A stretch of 63,277 bases of DNA, filler included, from Vermamoeba vermiformis (Eukaryota), in assembly GCA_045837725.1 (NCBI GenBank). It is 5 parts of 5 records of this genome, joined end to end, with 100 filler letters (N's around TTAATTAATTAA, not from the genome) between each part and the next. Parts side by side here need not be neighbours in the genome. Positions count along the whole stretch, not along the records: positions 1 to 29,223 come from JBEWZL010000159.1; 4 more parts are not named here. One strand, 5' to 3'. Below the pieces are notes generated by a model, which worked only from the letters and a program-made list of their open reading frames with translations, did not search any database and was not told where the DNA came from. Both the position numbers and the translations under genes were made by a program. Each line of letters starts with the position of its first letter. Within the stretch, counting starts at the first letter, position 1. Shown here piece after piece: positions 1-14,600 of this stretch.

Positions 1-404
1 TAGAAGTGGACCTCCTATATGACATTATTGGCAATAAAGACTCGAAAATACTGCGCGCTGTCCAAACTCCCAAAAAAGTAGTTCCGGTACATTCAGATCA
101 ACATGCATAGATCCTTAAACTACGATGATAAATTGAACGGCTAATTAACGGATTTGCATAATTAGACTATTTTTAGCGAGATTGAGCGGTTTCGCGAATG
201 ATTGTAGAGATGTGCATCACTGCGATGAAAATACTCTGTTCAATTCACGAACGACACTTGAATCGAACATGTCGTATATGAATATGATATTAGCAATTAA
301 GGATTATGGAATCAAGTAGGTCAAGTATTGGATTTTACATGAAAGTAAAGTGAATCTGTACAAAAAATAAACGCACGTGCTTTCGCCATAATAAGGAGTC
401 TATA

Positions 405-2876
405 TTATCGTCGATGCTTAATCTCGCTATAGCTAATCTTATTCTTTCGCTTTTCGTTCTTCTCTTCTCTATGTACATTGTTGTTGACCACATCCGCTAC
501 AAATGTTGTCTCATTGAAGTTAGAGCTTTGGCCTTTCGGGACCCTCTTCATATCAACGAGTGCATTCAAGTACTCCAAGGCCACACGATCTGACCAATTA
601 GGTCTAAGCAGCGGGAAAATACCTAGAAATAACGACCACGTCAGATCCAACGGCCGAAATATTTGTTACGATCGAGCTCTTAATTAAGGCGTAGATTGCA
701 TTACTTAATGGCCTTTATGCCAATAAATTACTGCAAATATCCGATATTTGAATCTTTACCACAGCCCGGTCAAAATTGAAAAAAAGAAAAAACATATGTC
801 GGCCGACAAATTCGATAGCATAACTCGCACTAATATAGATATATAGTATATTTAAGATGCATAATTACCTTCAGGGAACGACACATGTCCTCCGCAATTA
901 GTGGTAACCAAGATCGTGTTCGGATTCGCTTGACATTCTTTGTACGGCAGCGCTGATTCATTAACAGTAGGATCGTCAATAGCATTAATAAGTAATAAGG
1001 GTATCTTAACATCTATAATAGAAGTGATTAGCTAACATCGATTTAAATAAAATTTTGGATCACGTACTGGGCAAGAAGTGGATGCAGCTCGCTCGTTTAT
1101 AATAATGCATCGCTGATTCATAGCCAAAGATCACTTTAGTAAAGCTTTCATCAAATGCCTCTAATTTCCAAGACTATAATAGTATTAGTATCATAGTAAC
1201 TATTTTCAAATGTGGATCACGTGCTTTTTCGACCAGGGTCCAATCGAGGCCATTGACTGTCTCAAAAACTTTTCTTTGCCTAATAAGGAAATGTCAGTGA
1301 CTATCTCAAAAACGATCTCGCAAATATAGCATCGCAAGTCTAGCTAATTTAAATTTGTCTTTGCAAAATTTTCGCAGGAGACAAACTATGCCATATCATT
1401 ATTGCTTATTTAGGAAATATTACTATACTTACTTTTTAAAAGTACGAATAGTTTCGTACGTGAAGACAGCGTTGTAGAATAACTGCAAAGATTCCTTCGA
1501 CTTGACAAAATCAAACACGTTCGACACGGAGATTGCTCCACTCAATGGCGTATTTTCTCCAACCTCTGTATAATTTTCGTTAATATGCATATAATAATTA
1601 CATAATAAGTATCAGACAACATTCATTTGAGCAGATCTAAAAAATATGAAATTTCGATACCAGTCCAATTTTACATTTGCAAATAATTATAATGCGAGGG
1701 TTATTGAGTTAATTATCAAACAAACGAGTGATATTTCCTAATATGGTAATGGCACTTACCGCCCAAGTGTTTGACGACCAAATTACTGCCCAACGAATAA
1801 CCGATACAAAACAACGGAGCGCGCGGAAATTTCTTATGCACATAGTCCACGACTGCAGCTAAATCATCCGTGTGTTCGGCACTGTAAGGGCGTGCTGTCT
1901 AAATATAACAATTTTCCTTATTTAGTAATCGTAAACAAAGATCTGGATGTAGGATTCAAAACCGATAATAATAAATATATAATGTCATAAGAATACTAAA
2001 CATGATTATTATAAGAGTATATAAGCCTTATTTAGGTTATTAACGTACTTTGAATTCACATCCGTTGGTACCACGGAAGTTCATAACAACGCAACGCCAT
2101 CCATTTCTCCATGCATGTAAAATAGGATACGCCACGTAAATAGCGCGTGATCCGCCATTAAGACCTATATAAAACGGATACAATCTATTAGATTCTAATT
2201 TATAACAATTTTGGATCCGATCTGTGTTTCAATTTATTTTGGTTCGCTTACCTGGTACGACTATAAGAGTTGGTGTCTCGTCTGTATATTTATCGCTAAT
2301 AGTCCAATCAAGTGCTAAATCGGCTCCATCTTCAAATTGGAAAATCTCCCTGTCCCAAATTATTAGATGGAGTCACAAACCCAGATTTTTTCAAAAACAA
2401 GTTGTTATATTGGTGTTTGCTATTCATGCTAGTTATTATATGCTCATTTTAAAGAGTTGTAACTTTATTTTTTGTAATTTATCCGTTATCGAATTCCGAA
2501 GTTACCTCTGATATTTGAGCTGACTTGGAAATAATCTAGATATGCCAAAAATGGTACTGACATGCTATAAATAATATATTAGTATCGTTGAGTATTTTTT
2601 TAATTTTTTCTGAAGCCCAAAAAGTTGGATGAAGCGTAAAATTGCACTTACTCGTGTCCACAGCAGAAAAGAGGGCTTGTATTGCTGAAACATTATACTA
2701 CATCTCGATAATAAGTCTTCATTAGTCTTATTCTGGTTATAATACAACTTTGGGGTGGAGATGGCCCAAGTAAAATAATAATATATATAATACGCTACAA
2801 AAGCGACTAGAACAGCCGCCAATATCCAACTAACGGCAATGTCAAGTTTACGGCCGTATTCTATTGCTCGCTCCAT
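405..2876 (-). CDS. ABHD1/ABHD3 (YheT-like) alpha/beta hydrolase, multi-exon, N-terminal membrane anchor
   Basis: Spliced peptides GLNGGSRAIYV, GWRCVVMNFRG, AEHTDDLAAVVDYVHKKFPRAPLFCIGYSLG (nucleophile elbow GYSLG) and AISVSNVFDF; hydrophobic N-terminus; GT-AG introns. Confidence 0.85.
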
Positions 2877-3619
2877 GGACTTAAATAAAACTGAAACAAA
2901 TACAACGATGCCTTCAGTTATTTCGGACAATTTCAGAAATTCTCCGAGCGCAATTGACGTGACAGACTCCATTTTAATAAACAATATGATAAACCGTATT
3001 ACGTTCTTATATTTATGTACGTCAAATTGGCGAATTACTCTAGCTTGTCAACGAAAATTCTCATCTGAAAAACTATTGTTTACTCATTGCGACAACGTAA
3101 TCGCCTGAGGTCTTTGCAGCAAGATGATTTTGAACGCAATGTTAGGATCAACTTTATGCATAAATAATCATCATTTGTACCATTCGAACCCGGATCTAGC
3201 CACGTCATGAAAAGTATACAAAATTAGTTCCGTCATTATTGGTCCAGGACATAGTCGGCCTGAGAGCAAAAATAGATTGGTATATTTTTATCAAACTTAC
3301 ACGAAAATTCATTTATTACAAGATATTATTGCGTTGAGGAGAAGTTTTGCTGGGTGTGGTCGTCAGACCACAATGATCTGTTTGCAAACGCATTTAACGC
3401 ATGATCTTGCTACTATGAGATCATGCTAACATATCAATAATGTCATTATCTTCTACGTTGCATCAGTGCCACAGAGTTCCCCAGATGTGCACGCACCTTT
3501 AATACTGTTATTAGTTCGATTATTACGTCGATAATCCTAATTTTAGAGTTTGAGACCTATTCAGTCGATATTACGAGTATTTATAGTCTGAGGCATTACG
3601 TAATGGACAAACCTTACCT

Positions 3620-3995
3620 TGGTAGTAATAATCATGATTTCTCTCGTGCAAACTTGAATCAAATTCTGTTCATTTTTGCTGATGATCTTCTTTTGTGCAT
3701 AATAATGTCGATGATAAGAATAACTGACTTGGGGATTGTAGGCAGATTTGAGGGCGAAAAGAAATGAACAAAGTAGTTGTTGTTCACCAACAGGTTGCCT
3801 AACACGGTCATTAGTTATATATTAACCGATTAATCTAGAATTTCGTACCTGCATCAGGCATGGCACCTACTTCATATCTAAGGACTACTGGGCGTACCTG
3901 GCCTAAGAAATCACTACTCGGGTTGTCAAGTACCGAGGGTTAGGGTTTGATTCCGGAAACTTTTTTGTTATCGTACGGGTTGATAATAATCCGTT
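3620..3995 (-). pseudogene. Degenerate fragment of an ITIH-like (VIT/vWA) gene
   Basis: Two exons splice to VVLRYEVGAMPDAG|NLLVNNNYFVHFFSPSNLPTIPKSVILIID, resembling ITIH 'NGYFVHFFAP..L...PKNVVFVID'. There is an in-frame stop upstream and the expected DxSGSM MIDAS motif is lost. Confidence 0.55.
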
Positions 3996-4025
3996 ATAGT
4001 GGTATTGAATAATATTCAGCTACTA

Positions 4026-5009
4026 CTAGTGTCTAAAACAGCACACGTCATGCTCGGTCATCACGCGTCTGTTGGTTCGAACGAATCTGCGCAAGACACG
4101 AACATCTTCATGAACGAATGCTATGGATTGTATATTAATAAATTCATATACTATGGTTGTATAAGTATCGAAAATAAGATACCTTCTAATTCGGCTGGAT
4201 GTTTTTCGTAAGATCTGAGCAGATCGAATTTGTGTTGAAAAACTGAAGTGATCAAATGACAGGCATAGAGCAATAAATAGCAAAATCGACCGCCGTACTT
4301 CTTATATTGTAAGGTATGTATAATCTAAATTCATAATATTAGCAAACAGATTATTTGCAGTGGATCGTACCTCGTGACGTAAAACTACATCTTTATCCTC
4401 ATCGAATTCCTCGTCCAAATAGAATATTATATGACCAACAGTAAATGCGTACCACTTTAGATATAACATTAGGCCTTAATTTAGATTTCATAAAGACTTA
4501 CATCCGGTGCAGCGAGGCATTTGTAAATCAATCCTTTTCCAATCGATATTCTAATCTTATTTACTGTTTTTTCTTCGAAAAATATTCTCATTTCTTCTTT
4601 TTCATCCTCTGTCAGTGAGATTGGGGGATTCTGAAGCAGTGATATTGATACGCTAAAAATTTCAAACAAAGATCAGCATCGTTTAACTGCTATAATTATT
4701 GCTTTGGTTATTGTTCGCTACTCACTAATTATTGTGCATATTTTTATAAAATTTAGACCGAGAAATCAAATTAAAACGAAATATTTGAACGGAATCCAGT
4801 CCCAAAAAAAGACTAAAATTGACTTACACTATTTTATATACCGGGTATAGTATTAAAAACAAGGGCGTAAGCGCTGCTAAAATTAACTGATTTTTCCATT
4901 GCTTCTGAGTTGAGATCAGTTTAACCGCCCGAAACAACAATACAGGCAACTTATAAACCCACTTCAATAGTGACAAAACAAGTACTGCGAGTATATCTAT
5001 TGCCTTCAT
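4026..5009 (-). CDS. Membrane-anchored HExxH metallopeptidase-like protein (DUF4157-like)
   Basis: Spliced product contains AFTVGHIIFY...LRHE|IIHTLQY..YGG.F...SYEKHPAELE|A; hydrophobic N-terminus MKAIDILAVLVLSLL. Confidence 0.65.
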
Positions 5010-5152
5010 ATGTAATTTTCTGTAATTATTCACCCCAAAATTAGTTTTCGTGCGTGGAACCACGTGAGCCAAAATCGCAAACTCTTTCTCGAAGTTTCCA
5101 AAGCTTAAATTAGACCAAAATCGAATATTCGACCACAGCTCAATTAGTTAAT

Positions 5153-6373
5153 ATGGCTGAAAAGATTAGTGTAAGCGATATTTCATTATTCGTCAATCGA
5201 ACACTTGATCTGCCATTCTTTGACTAATTTATCAATATAAAAACAGTCAATATTATTAAAATATATTGTCATACCTTTTAATGCGATAAATATTCTTGTA
5301 GGTCAAATTTTAATTTTGCGCAAAATTTTTTTTTTCAGTATCTTGGTGCAGCAGAGTCACAGCAGATCGACAATGAATTATTCGCAATAGGTTTCAATAA
5401 TGACCAGTTAATGGAATTAGCAGGTATTTAATCAATATCACCAGCTTCAATCAATAAAAAAATTAAGAGTAAAATTTTCAATCAGGTCTCGCCGTTGCTT
5501 CAGCCGTGCAAAAAGTCTACCCGGCTGAAACTCATCAAAATATACTCGTAGTTGCGGGTCCTGGCAGTAAGACTTTATTAATAATAAATTTTGAAATTTC
5601 GAGGGCGGATCTAACTAAAATTTAATTAATTAGATAATGGAGGCGATGCCTTGGTTGCAGCTAGACACCTCGCACACTTCGGATATACACCCAAAATATT
5701 CTATCCTAAGCGCCCTGATAAGGCCCCTTTTAAGGTACTTACATGTGCTCGTAATTAGTCACCGTTGGATCTGACAGCTTGTTTTCTTAGAATTTGTTGC
5801 AACAATGCGAGGCTATGCACATTGAGGCGATAAAGGACCTTCCTGCATCACTCAAAGATCATTTCAATTTGATTCTCGATGGCATTTTCGGTTACAGTTT
5901 CAAAGGCGACATCCGCGCTCCTTTTGACACTTTGATTCCCGTACGTATACCACCTATACTCCATAATTATGCTTTTATAATACATTTATCGGAATATTAT
6001 ACTATTTTGGTAATAACGAACTGTTTTGATAATAAAATTATACAGACTTTGAACAAATCCGGAGTTCCAATCGTGGCAATCGACATTCCGTCAGGCTGGG
6101 ACGTTGAAGAAGGTGACGCACAGGGCCGAGGACTCCATGCAGCAATGTTAATATCTTTGACACTGCCGAAGAAAGGTGTCAAAAATTTCAACGGCATTCA
6201 TTATCTCGGCGGAAGATTTGTATCAAAGTACGTTGGACATAATTATCAACAAACACCATATTAATGACTAGTATAATAATATTGCAATTAATAGGACTCT
6301 TGCTGAAAAACACAAGCTGATTATTCCTGCGTACCCTGGATCCGACCAAGTCGTTAACATTTCAAAGCTTTAG
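5153..6373 (+). CDS. NAXE: NAD(P)H-hydrate epimerase (YjeF-N / APOA1BP)
   Basis: [54 protein letters not shown] introns. Confidence 0.93.
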
Positions 6374-6422
6374 ATCATTAGAATAGATCTATAGTTGATT
6401 AAATAGTCCAAAATTTGTTTAT

Positions 6423-7658
6423 TTAATGTTTGTTGTATAATCGAAAGATCCGCTTTGCCAGTTTGTTTAACATTAAATGTCCGAAGATCACGTCCCAAAT
6501 CTCCGAAGGAAGTAATTCAAATAATTCGCTTCGTACAATATTGTGGATAATTATAGCCCAATTTGGTCGTTCTCTTAGAAGCGTTTTGTTCCGTTCGAGT
6601 TTTTCTTCCATTTGCTCGCTGTCGGTCTGTCTATTTAACGATGTTAACGTCACATTTGTGTCTAATGCAGATAATATATAATCGAATAGATCGAATGGAA
6701 GGTCTATATCTAAGAGATTCAATGTTTCATTTTTTTCTAGCGCTGTTTTAAGGAACGGACCAATGGTGTTGGTGACTGGGTTGTTGCAAATGTACAACTG
6801 TTCTAACGATTTGTTTTGTTCTAACGCAGCAAATAGTGCTTTATAGCCCTCGTCTCCTATTGAATTATTGCGTATAATAAGAGTTTTGATCGATGTGCAG
6901 TTCTCCAGCCATTTGGCAAGTTGGACACTCGCGTCATTTTGAAGTCCGATGTCATTGGCTGAAAAGTACTCTAGAGTATTATTATGATCTAAAGCCTCGA
7001 AAAATCGTGTTTTGAAACTTGGATCTAATGTTGAAAATCCGAGATCTAGGCAACCGCTGATCGTCAGGGTTGTAAGCTGATTTGATTTTATTATTCTGCA
7101 TAATGCCTCGATTTGTGGAATTGTCTCTAGTTTTACTTCAAAAAAGTTCAATTTTGTTAATTGTGGCTTCGATAAGACCATCTCAGCTAAGCGGCAAAAC
7201 TGATCGGATTCCAAATTTTCGTAAAACCACGTTAGATTTGTTATATTATCGTTCTGTTGTAATGCTTCAATAATTTTGTCAATTACGCCTATTGCGTCTT
7301 CACAGCAACCCACTATTTTGAGGTCACTCAGCCTGCTGATCAGATCGCACCATTTTTCAATATCTTTGTCTAATGAAACACTGCACAGCTCTAATTTTTG
7401 CAATGTATTCGCTTCCTCTATTTTGTCAAAAAACTTCGACCAGTCCGTGATGGCAAATGCGTTCGCAATATCGTAATCATTATCGATCTAATTAAAAATA
7501 TTAGAAAATAATTAACAATAATGACATTAATCATATCTAGCACTATATAATTGTACTATGGATGTATAAATGCAAATCTTGAATTTTTCTTTTTTGAAGG
7601 GATGCAGATTGACAGATCCGGATCTTACGCTGACGAATTCGATATTAGTGTACTCCAT
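6423..7658 (-). CDS. RNI-like leucine-rich repeat protein
   Basis: Repeated NxxLxxL / NxIGDEG units; short first exon MEYTNIEFVS spliced to the 326-aa ORF. Confidence 0.8.
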
Positions 7659-7869
7659 CAATTAGTACAATCACTGTCATTGATGTTCTATCTTTGGTAT
7701 CATGGCACGTGTTGAGCAATGTATAGCGTTACCATGAAACTAATTTTTGTTGCCGTCTCGATTTAAAACCTGACTTAACTTTAAAGCCCCTCGCGTATAT
7801 GTACAGTTTATTATTATGCTTTGAATTGCCTCCCAAATGAGCCTTGTTCTAACAACAATTGAAAGTATT

Positions 7870-10064
7870 CTATGGATTTGCTCCCGGCATGTTTGGCAAC
7901 CAAAATGCAATATTCGAGCAAGCAGTCGCTGCCATCATGTACTTTGGATTCCACTAAGATATCATTAGTATTCTAGTAATATAGGTAACATTATTCTAGC
8001 CTTACTTGCACGCATCCAACAGGTCCTGCATGACGTCGTTCTTCGGTGCCCCAAACAGCGACCTCTAACAGCTCGTCGTTGGTCTTGTTGATTTGTAACG
8101 GTTGATCTTTCTTCGGCAACGACCAGCTGTACACTAAGCCGTCTTCAGAACCTGAAAAGAATTCGTTTTAGTAAATTTCTAAAATGCGATCCAGTACGAG
8201 TGCTAAGAAATTTCTTCGCAACAAAAAAAAATGCCCATAATAATTCTAATAACGATAAATAAGCTATTATAACTATGTTTCATATTACTAATTTGATATT
8301 GCTTGTAGATGGTGCTAAAGTCAATGTGCTGCATCGAGAAGTGTCCTTTGGACGAATTATTTGATCGTATTAACCAATCCACGACTGCAAAATGACTGTG
8401 TAAGCGGTCAAATTGCTTAATCAATGCTACATTAACACTGTAGTATTGATTAGGGATCAGTTAATGCTCGTTCTTATAAACCAAGAACGCATCTCGGCCT
8501 GTTGGCTAAGCTGAAAAATACTTCGTAGTATCTTTCGAAGATTAATTGCAGTAGTGATTGATCTTTGAATAATTACAGAGGCATGCGACGCCATCACCAA
8601 AACAAGCAATTATTTTTTAATTTTTAAAATTGATTTTTGTAAATTGTACTGGCTTTCTAAATCTATTTTTGAAATTCATATTAATATTACTTACCGGCTA
8701 ATAAATACTTCGAATCAGGTGTGAATGAGGCCTCTAAATTACTGCCATGATCGTTCTTGAAGTGCGAGTATTGATACAGCTAAACAGATGCGTTATAACT
8801 TTATATTTAAGTGCTATACTATACTATTTGTTATACTTACTTCAGCGCCGTTAAATGCGTTAAATACGAGAATAGTTCCTTCACGAGTATTTGCAAGCAG
8901 ATAATCGCCGTCATTAGAGAATTTCAAGCCAGTGAATTGATACGAGCTCTTCGTATTAATAACCGTGAATGCTCCCTATTAAAACGACATTAGTCATATA
9001 AATAAAATAATAAGTCGTGAGGCAAAGCGGATCCAGTCGTACCTGAGTAAGCGATCGAAAATCAAAAAATTTAATTGTGCTCGGAGAGAATGCAGCACCG
9101 AACATAACGCCTTGTCCTTCAATAGAAGCACATATCGAATATGAATCGGTCGTCAGAAGAGCCTAGATAGAATGTGGGTTAAAAATGCGTTCGTGGTACA
9201 TCCGCTTCTCAATAAGTGCTAGACCATCCGCTGCACTATAAGTCATCCATATTACTATACACTAGTACGTACCTGACAATTAGGGGTTCTTAGATCCCAC
9301 ATTCGAATCGTGCCATCACGTCCAGCGGAGATGAATGTATCGTTACGTGGTGACAACGATAGCGATGTGACTCTGCACAGATATTAGTCTATATTACTAA
9401 TATATAGTGCGGTACTTACTTATCTGTATGTCCTACGAAATTTCTAATATAAGCATTCTCGTGTAACGACAAATACCGGATCGCATTGGCGTCTACGAAA
9501 GAAAGGGTTATTTAGGGTTAATAATAGCGAATATTGTATATAAGTACCGTGATAACCAGAATGTGAGTTTGAAGCTGTTAATACAGCGTAGTTGTAGTGA
9601 GTAAACCGGATCAGATCTGCGCCGTACTTCTTGCAAAAGACTTTTTGTGTTTTATCGCTAATAAAAATTATTAATATTATGTATTAAGTATAGAGCACGA
9701 TAAAATAGTCCTAGAAATATCAAACTAATTTTGCTGCATTTTTTTGAATTTTTCAAACTAATTCAGATCGCTCTAGAAATTATTGAATTGAACAAAATAT
9801 TGCATTAATAATATACCTGTCTAAGTAAGGAATTTTAAATAGCTCGATCGTTCCATCATCGCTCGCAGCAACCATGGACTCGCCATCCTTGTAGAAATCT
9901 ATCGAATTGACTCTGCATAGCTATTAAATAGCAAATTAATATTGACAAATAATTTTCTTGCATAAAATAATATTTAAAATTAATAGCAAGCTTACATTAG
10001 CGTTTTTATGGACGTGTCCGATCGCCATGGACTTTATAAGTTCAGGAGTTATTTGCATCGCCAT
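7870..10064 (-). CDS. WDR82: WD repeat protein 82 / Swd2 (COMPASS subunit)
   Basis: [56 protein letters not shown]-terminal [11 protein letters not shown]. Confidence 0.92.
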
Positions 10065-10174
10065 TTTTATGTTGCTATTATATAATACAAATATAAATAC
10101 AAATATCTATGGTGGCCTGATCTGGTTCAAAAAAGAAAAAATGGAAAAAAGATCCAATTTTCTTCAAGCCAAGA

Positions 10175-11526
10175 ATGACAACCACAACTCAACGCTCAAT
10201 TTATTTTCTTCGTCACGGAGAACGTATTGACTTTGAAAACCCTGATTGGGCGAAGACTGCTGAACGGTATGTGGAATTCAGAATTTACATACGATCTGAT
10301 CCGACGTTAACGGACCACAAAAATCAAATTTAACCTTTTAAATATCGTCAATATTATTCATTGTATTGCTTGATCGTATTTATAATATTCATCTAATTTT
10401 TCTTTTACTAGACGCTATGATCCGGAATTATCGTCCATGGGTCTCAAACAAGCTGACGAAGCAGGCAAAAGATTTAAGAACGAAAATCACCGCGTAAAAT
10501 ACATATTTTGCAGCCCTTATGTGCGTTGTTTGCAAACCGTTTATCCGATCGCTGAAGCTTTAGATCTGCCCATCAGGTAAGTGTTCAACGCCTTTTTTCG
10601 CGTCATTATAATAATATGCTTAATTAATATTCCTTAGAGTCGAGCATGGTCTTCGTGAATGGTTTGGTCCTGAAACACGTAAGCAACTGCAAAATAAATT
10701 GTCCGAAGTTTAATCAACGAATTTTCGTAGCTTTAACTCCGGATCACGAGCCCTTGGACACCAAAGCACTTAAACAACGCTTTCCTCGTGTCGATGAGAA
10801 CTACCAGTCAAGGTAATAAACCTACCTAATTGTTTGTAACGACTAACCACGGAGATCAGAATTAAGGTTCTCTCAGGCGAGTCTGAATTGGATCTGCACT
10901 TCCGTGGAGTAGCTTTGTTCAATAGACTGCTTAAAGAATACGTCTTCGGCGAAAACAATAGCAGTTTATTGTTCTATAACAAAATTGTACCCGAGAAGCA
11001 CACCTACCAAGAAATGGATCTGCCCTTCGAGATTTCCTCTGAAGAGACTGGCAATATCTTAGTCGTTACTCATGCTGCTACCGTCATCGCCGGTAAGACA
11101 ACGATAGTATATATACTCGATTGCATATCAATTCTAACGTGACGTTGTTGCATAATAGCGACTCGTGCAGTCATCGCTTTGACAGATCCAGAGAAAAAGT
11201 CAGCCAATTATTTCATGAAAGGAGGACGTGGTCGCAGATTAGTGCCGAACTGCGGTGTGTGCTCTCTTTCCAAATTTAGCTTTGACCTCGTCAAGACTTC
11301 GCATAACAACGACGTGAACCCGCACGCGCACCCTCACAACCACGTGATCGGTCCAAACAGCGAGAATCAAGAGGCAATCAAAGACGTGTCGCTGAGACGA
11401 ATAGATGATTGGGTGATTGAACTCGATGGCGATGTGACACACATGGTGCCGTTGAACTGCAAGAAGTACTACAACTGGTACATGCCTGTTGATGCGGAGA
11501 ACAAGCCTGCCAACTTTTATGTGTAA
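10175..11526 (+). CDS. Histidine phosphatase / phosphoglycerate mutase family protein
   Basis: RHGERID motif, SPYVRCLQT, LVVTHAA; multi-exon. Confidence 0.85.
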
Positions 11527-11601
11527 AATTATGCGATAAATCAATAATTGTCGTGAAAAACAATATGAAGTGTGTCAGTAGTATGGCCTGGCTAAGCAGA
11601 C

Positions 11602-14600
11602 CTATTTGAGCTTCGCTAATACGGTGCTGTAGCTGCCCATTACTTCACTCTCATAGCAAGACTTTTCTGGGGCACTCAAACAGTTCATGAACTTCATTGC
11701 AAGACCTATCCACTTCTCGGCTTGCTCGTAACGATTTAATCTAAAAATTATTAGCAACGATTTAAATCGGGCTTTGATCATGTTCGTACCTCCAGTAGTA
11801 CACTCCATTGTTGTAGGAGTTAGCAAGCAGCCACTTGACCTCCGTCATGAACTGTGGTGCATCGCTCGAGTGCTTAGAGACGATGTCAAGTCCGTCCAAG
11901 AACAGTTTGACAGTCTGATCGCGATCTTTCGTCAACTTAATCGTGGAACGCAATGCGCCACCTGCTCAGCGGTAAGTACAAGCAATCATGCAAAAAGGAC
12001 TACTTACAAGCTTGTTGGTACTCTTTGTCTCGTGACAGAAGCTCGAAGGCTATTTTCAAGCTGTCAACAGCACATTGAGAGTAGTGTGGGTGATTCGCAG
12101 CAACGGAAGATAGCATGAGGAAGAAGGAGGCTGGAACGTTGGTCATTGCCTTCGTTTGAGCAATAATCTTTTGTGGCATGTCATCGCCGAGCAGAACGTG
12201 CAGTTCAAACTCGTATTGAAGCAGCAATGTTGCAAGATTATCCTCTGACCGTGACTTGAGTTAGGGAGCATAAACACTATAACTTCACGCGAGGACGTAC
12301 CTTCAGAAGCCCCCTCCACTTCCATCTTGTCACCCTTGAGTTTATCGTTGATTGATTTGATCTCATTGAGTAGTTGAAGTGCTAACTGAGCGCGTTGATT
12401 GTTGGTCACAATTTTGTTGTTCTTCTCCAACTCAATGAGAGCCTGAACATTCACAAGCAAGCAAGTGCGTTGCATGGTTAACATCTCAGACGTCTTCTCT
12501 AGCAATCCTAACAGCTACAAGGTGTGACTACAATGTACAATAGAAGTTACGAATAGTTACTTGGTAAGCTATTGAGAGGAACTGATAGGTGCCCTCGTAG
12601 TCATCCACTTTGGCAGTGTTGTAACCCATATTCCACGCCGTAGATGACAACCAAGTGACTTCCTTATCGCCACCAAACACAGCCTGAACATTGCTCTCTT
12701 GAGTTCGGCTCAACGTGTTCTTCATCACTTCGAGCACCTTGTTCGTGTTGGGTCTATTGGACCTTTGTTAGTAGCGAACAAAGGTTTAAAAAATGAACAG
12801 AACTTACGTGTCTTCTTTTAGATACAGCTGAATTAACGTCCGAGCAATCATTGCAAAGTGACCGTCAAACTCCGAAGTGAAAGGAGCGTGCATAAGATGT
12901 TCTAGCACGTGTATCGCCGTGGCTTTTCTGCCCTTTTCCATCGACTTTTGAGAACAGAGCTCCAAGAACTTCTGTGGTTGGTCCATCACTTTGGAAATGC
13001 GACCCAACAGCTCGACGACTGAATTCGTTGTTAATCAAAAGACCGTTAGCCACAACAACGCTGACTTACGCTCCTTTTCTTTATCTAAGCGCAAGTAGAG
13101 CTCAAATAGCAGTAGTAGGCCCGTAGGATTCTTTGGCTCAAGAACCTCGGCTTGTAACGCGTATTCTAGTGATCTGTTGGCATCTTGAAGCGACAAGTAG
13201 CACCGAGCCAATATTCTGTGAAGATAATTAGCTTCACTCCCGCCATTACTAAATTCATACCTGAGGCACTGAGCTCTGTTCTCGTTGTCTTCTGGCCCCA
13301 ACAGTCTGTTGCAGCGCACGAGCCATTCAACAGCACGCTGAAACTCGCTCTGCTTGAAATACCCGATAGCTGTATTCCAGATAAGGAAATGAAATTGTCG
13401 CAGTGTTTGAGTTGACAGCTTGGCCTGACCAAGGTTGTGCGCTACAACGTGGTGTCAGTCCCACTCGCGAAATGTGTTCTTTTAACGTACCAGCAATGAC
13501 ATTCTCGAGTGTAGACATAGCTGCATCAACATTGTTGGCGCTAACAAGGTGGTACTCGAACTCCAGGAATTTGAGTTTTTCGATCACGTTCGTGTTCGCG
13601 AACTTGCTGTTCAGGTATTGAAACGCGCGACCGATGGTCTCCTCCCTAAATAGGTCCGTTAACTGATAGGTCTTAACTACAGTGATGCACGTACCACTTA
13701 TTATCTATTGCCATTTTCAAAGCCGCAGAAGCACTTTATGAAAGGAACATTAGTGCTTGTCGCGTAGTCGATCCTAAACTTACAGCTCGAAGTTGCAGTC
13801 CGTGTGGTTTAGTAGCTCGAACAACAATATCGTAGCAGAGTCTTGTTTCTGTAGCATGCGGATCTTGAGTAGCAAGTAAAGACCCGCACAAGTAGACTCC
13901 TCCATGTTGGCCATTTCAACGCACCGAGAAGCCTTCTCGAAATTTCCACGACTAATGTAACAGTTACACAACAGGCGTAAGGTGCGGGCTTGTTTGGAGG
14001 CGTCTTTGTTCGGATCTTTCTCGAGCCAGTCTACGCTTCTTTCGAGCCATTTCGCAGCCTCGTCGAATGCCTCATCGCGATGTAATTGCACTAAACGAAG
14101 ACATTAAGCGCTGTTTGATAAAGCTGATTAGACTTACCGCCGAAGTTATAGGCAATCAAAGACAAGCACGTCCACTACAAACTATTAAAACCAAAGACTA
14201 TCATAAACAATGGTAGTACGTACCTGAACAGTCTCTGAAGCCTCACTAGCAGCCTTCATTGCCAGTTCAAACGACAACTCGCGGAGATTTCGGTCCCAGG
14301 CTGCCTCGCTTCTCCAACAGAACAACGTAAAGATATGTTGCTTTACTGCAGCGATCTCGATCTCGTTGAATTTTTTCCTCTCTTTGATAGTGTCCCAATA
14401 CTAAGAATATTACATTAGAACCCTATTAAACTCATTACGGATCTTACTTCGAGCGCGTTGTTCCAGCAGTTCTCAGCCAAAGGATAGTTTCCTAGCTCTA
14501 AAAATCATTAGACCTATAACCAAGATGCTCATAATCGTACCTGACCAAGACTTGCCGGTCCTAGCGAAGAACTTGAGGATTGTTTGAATTGTCTCGGGAT

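Noticed and set aside
3935-3950. Interstitial telomere-like GAGGGTTAGGGTTT
   Set aside because: About two units only; could be chance.
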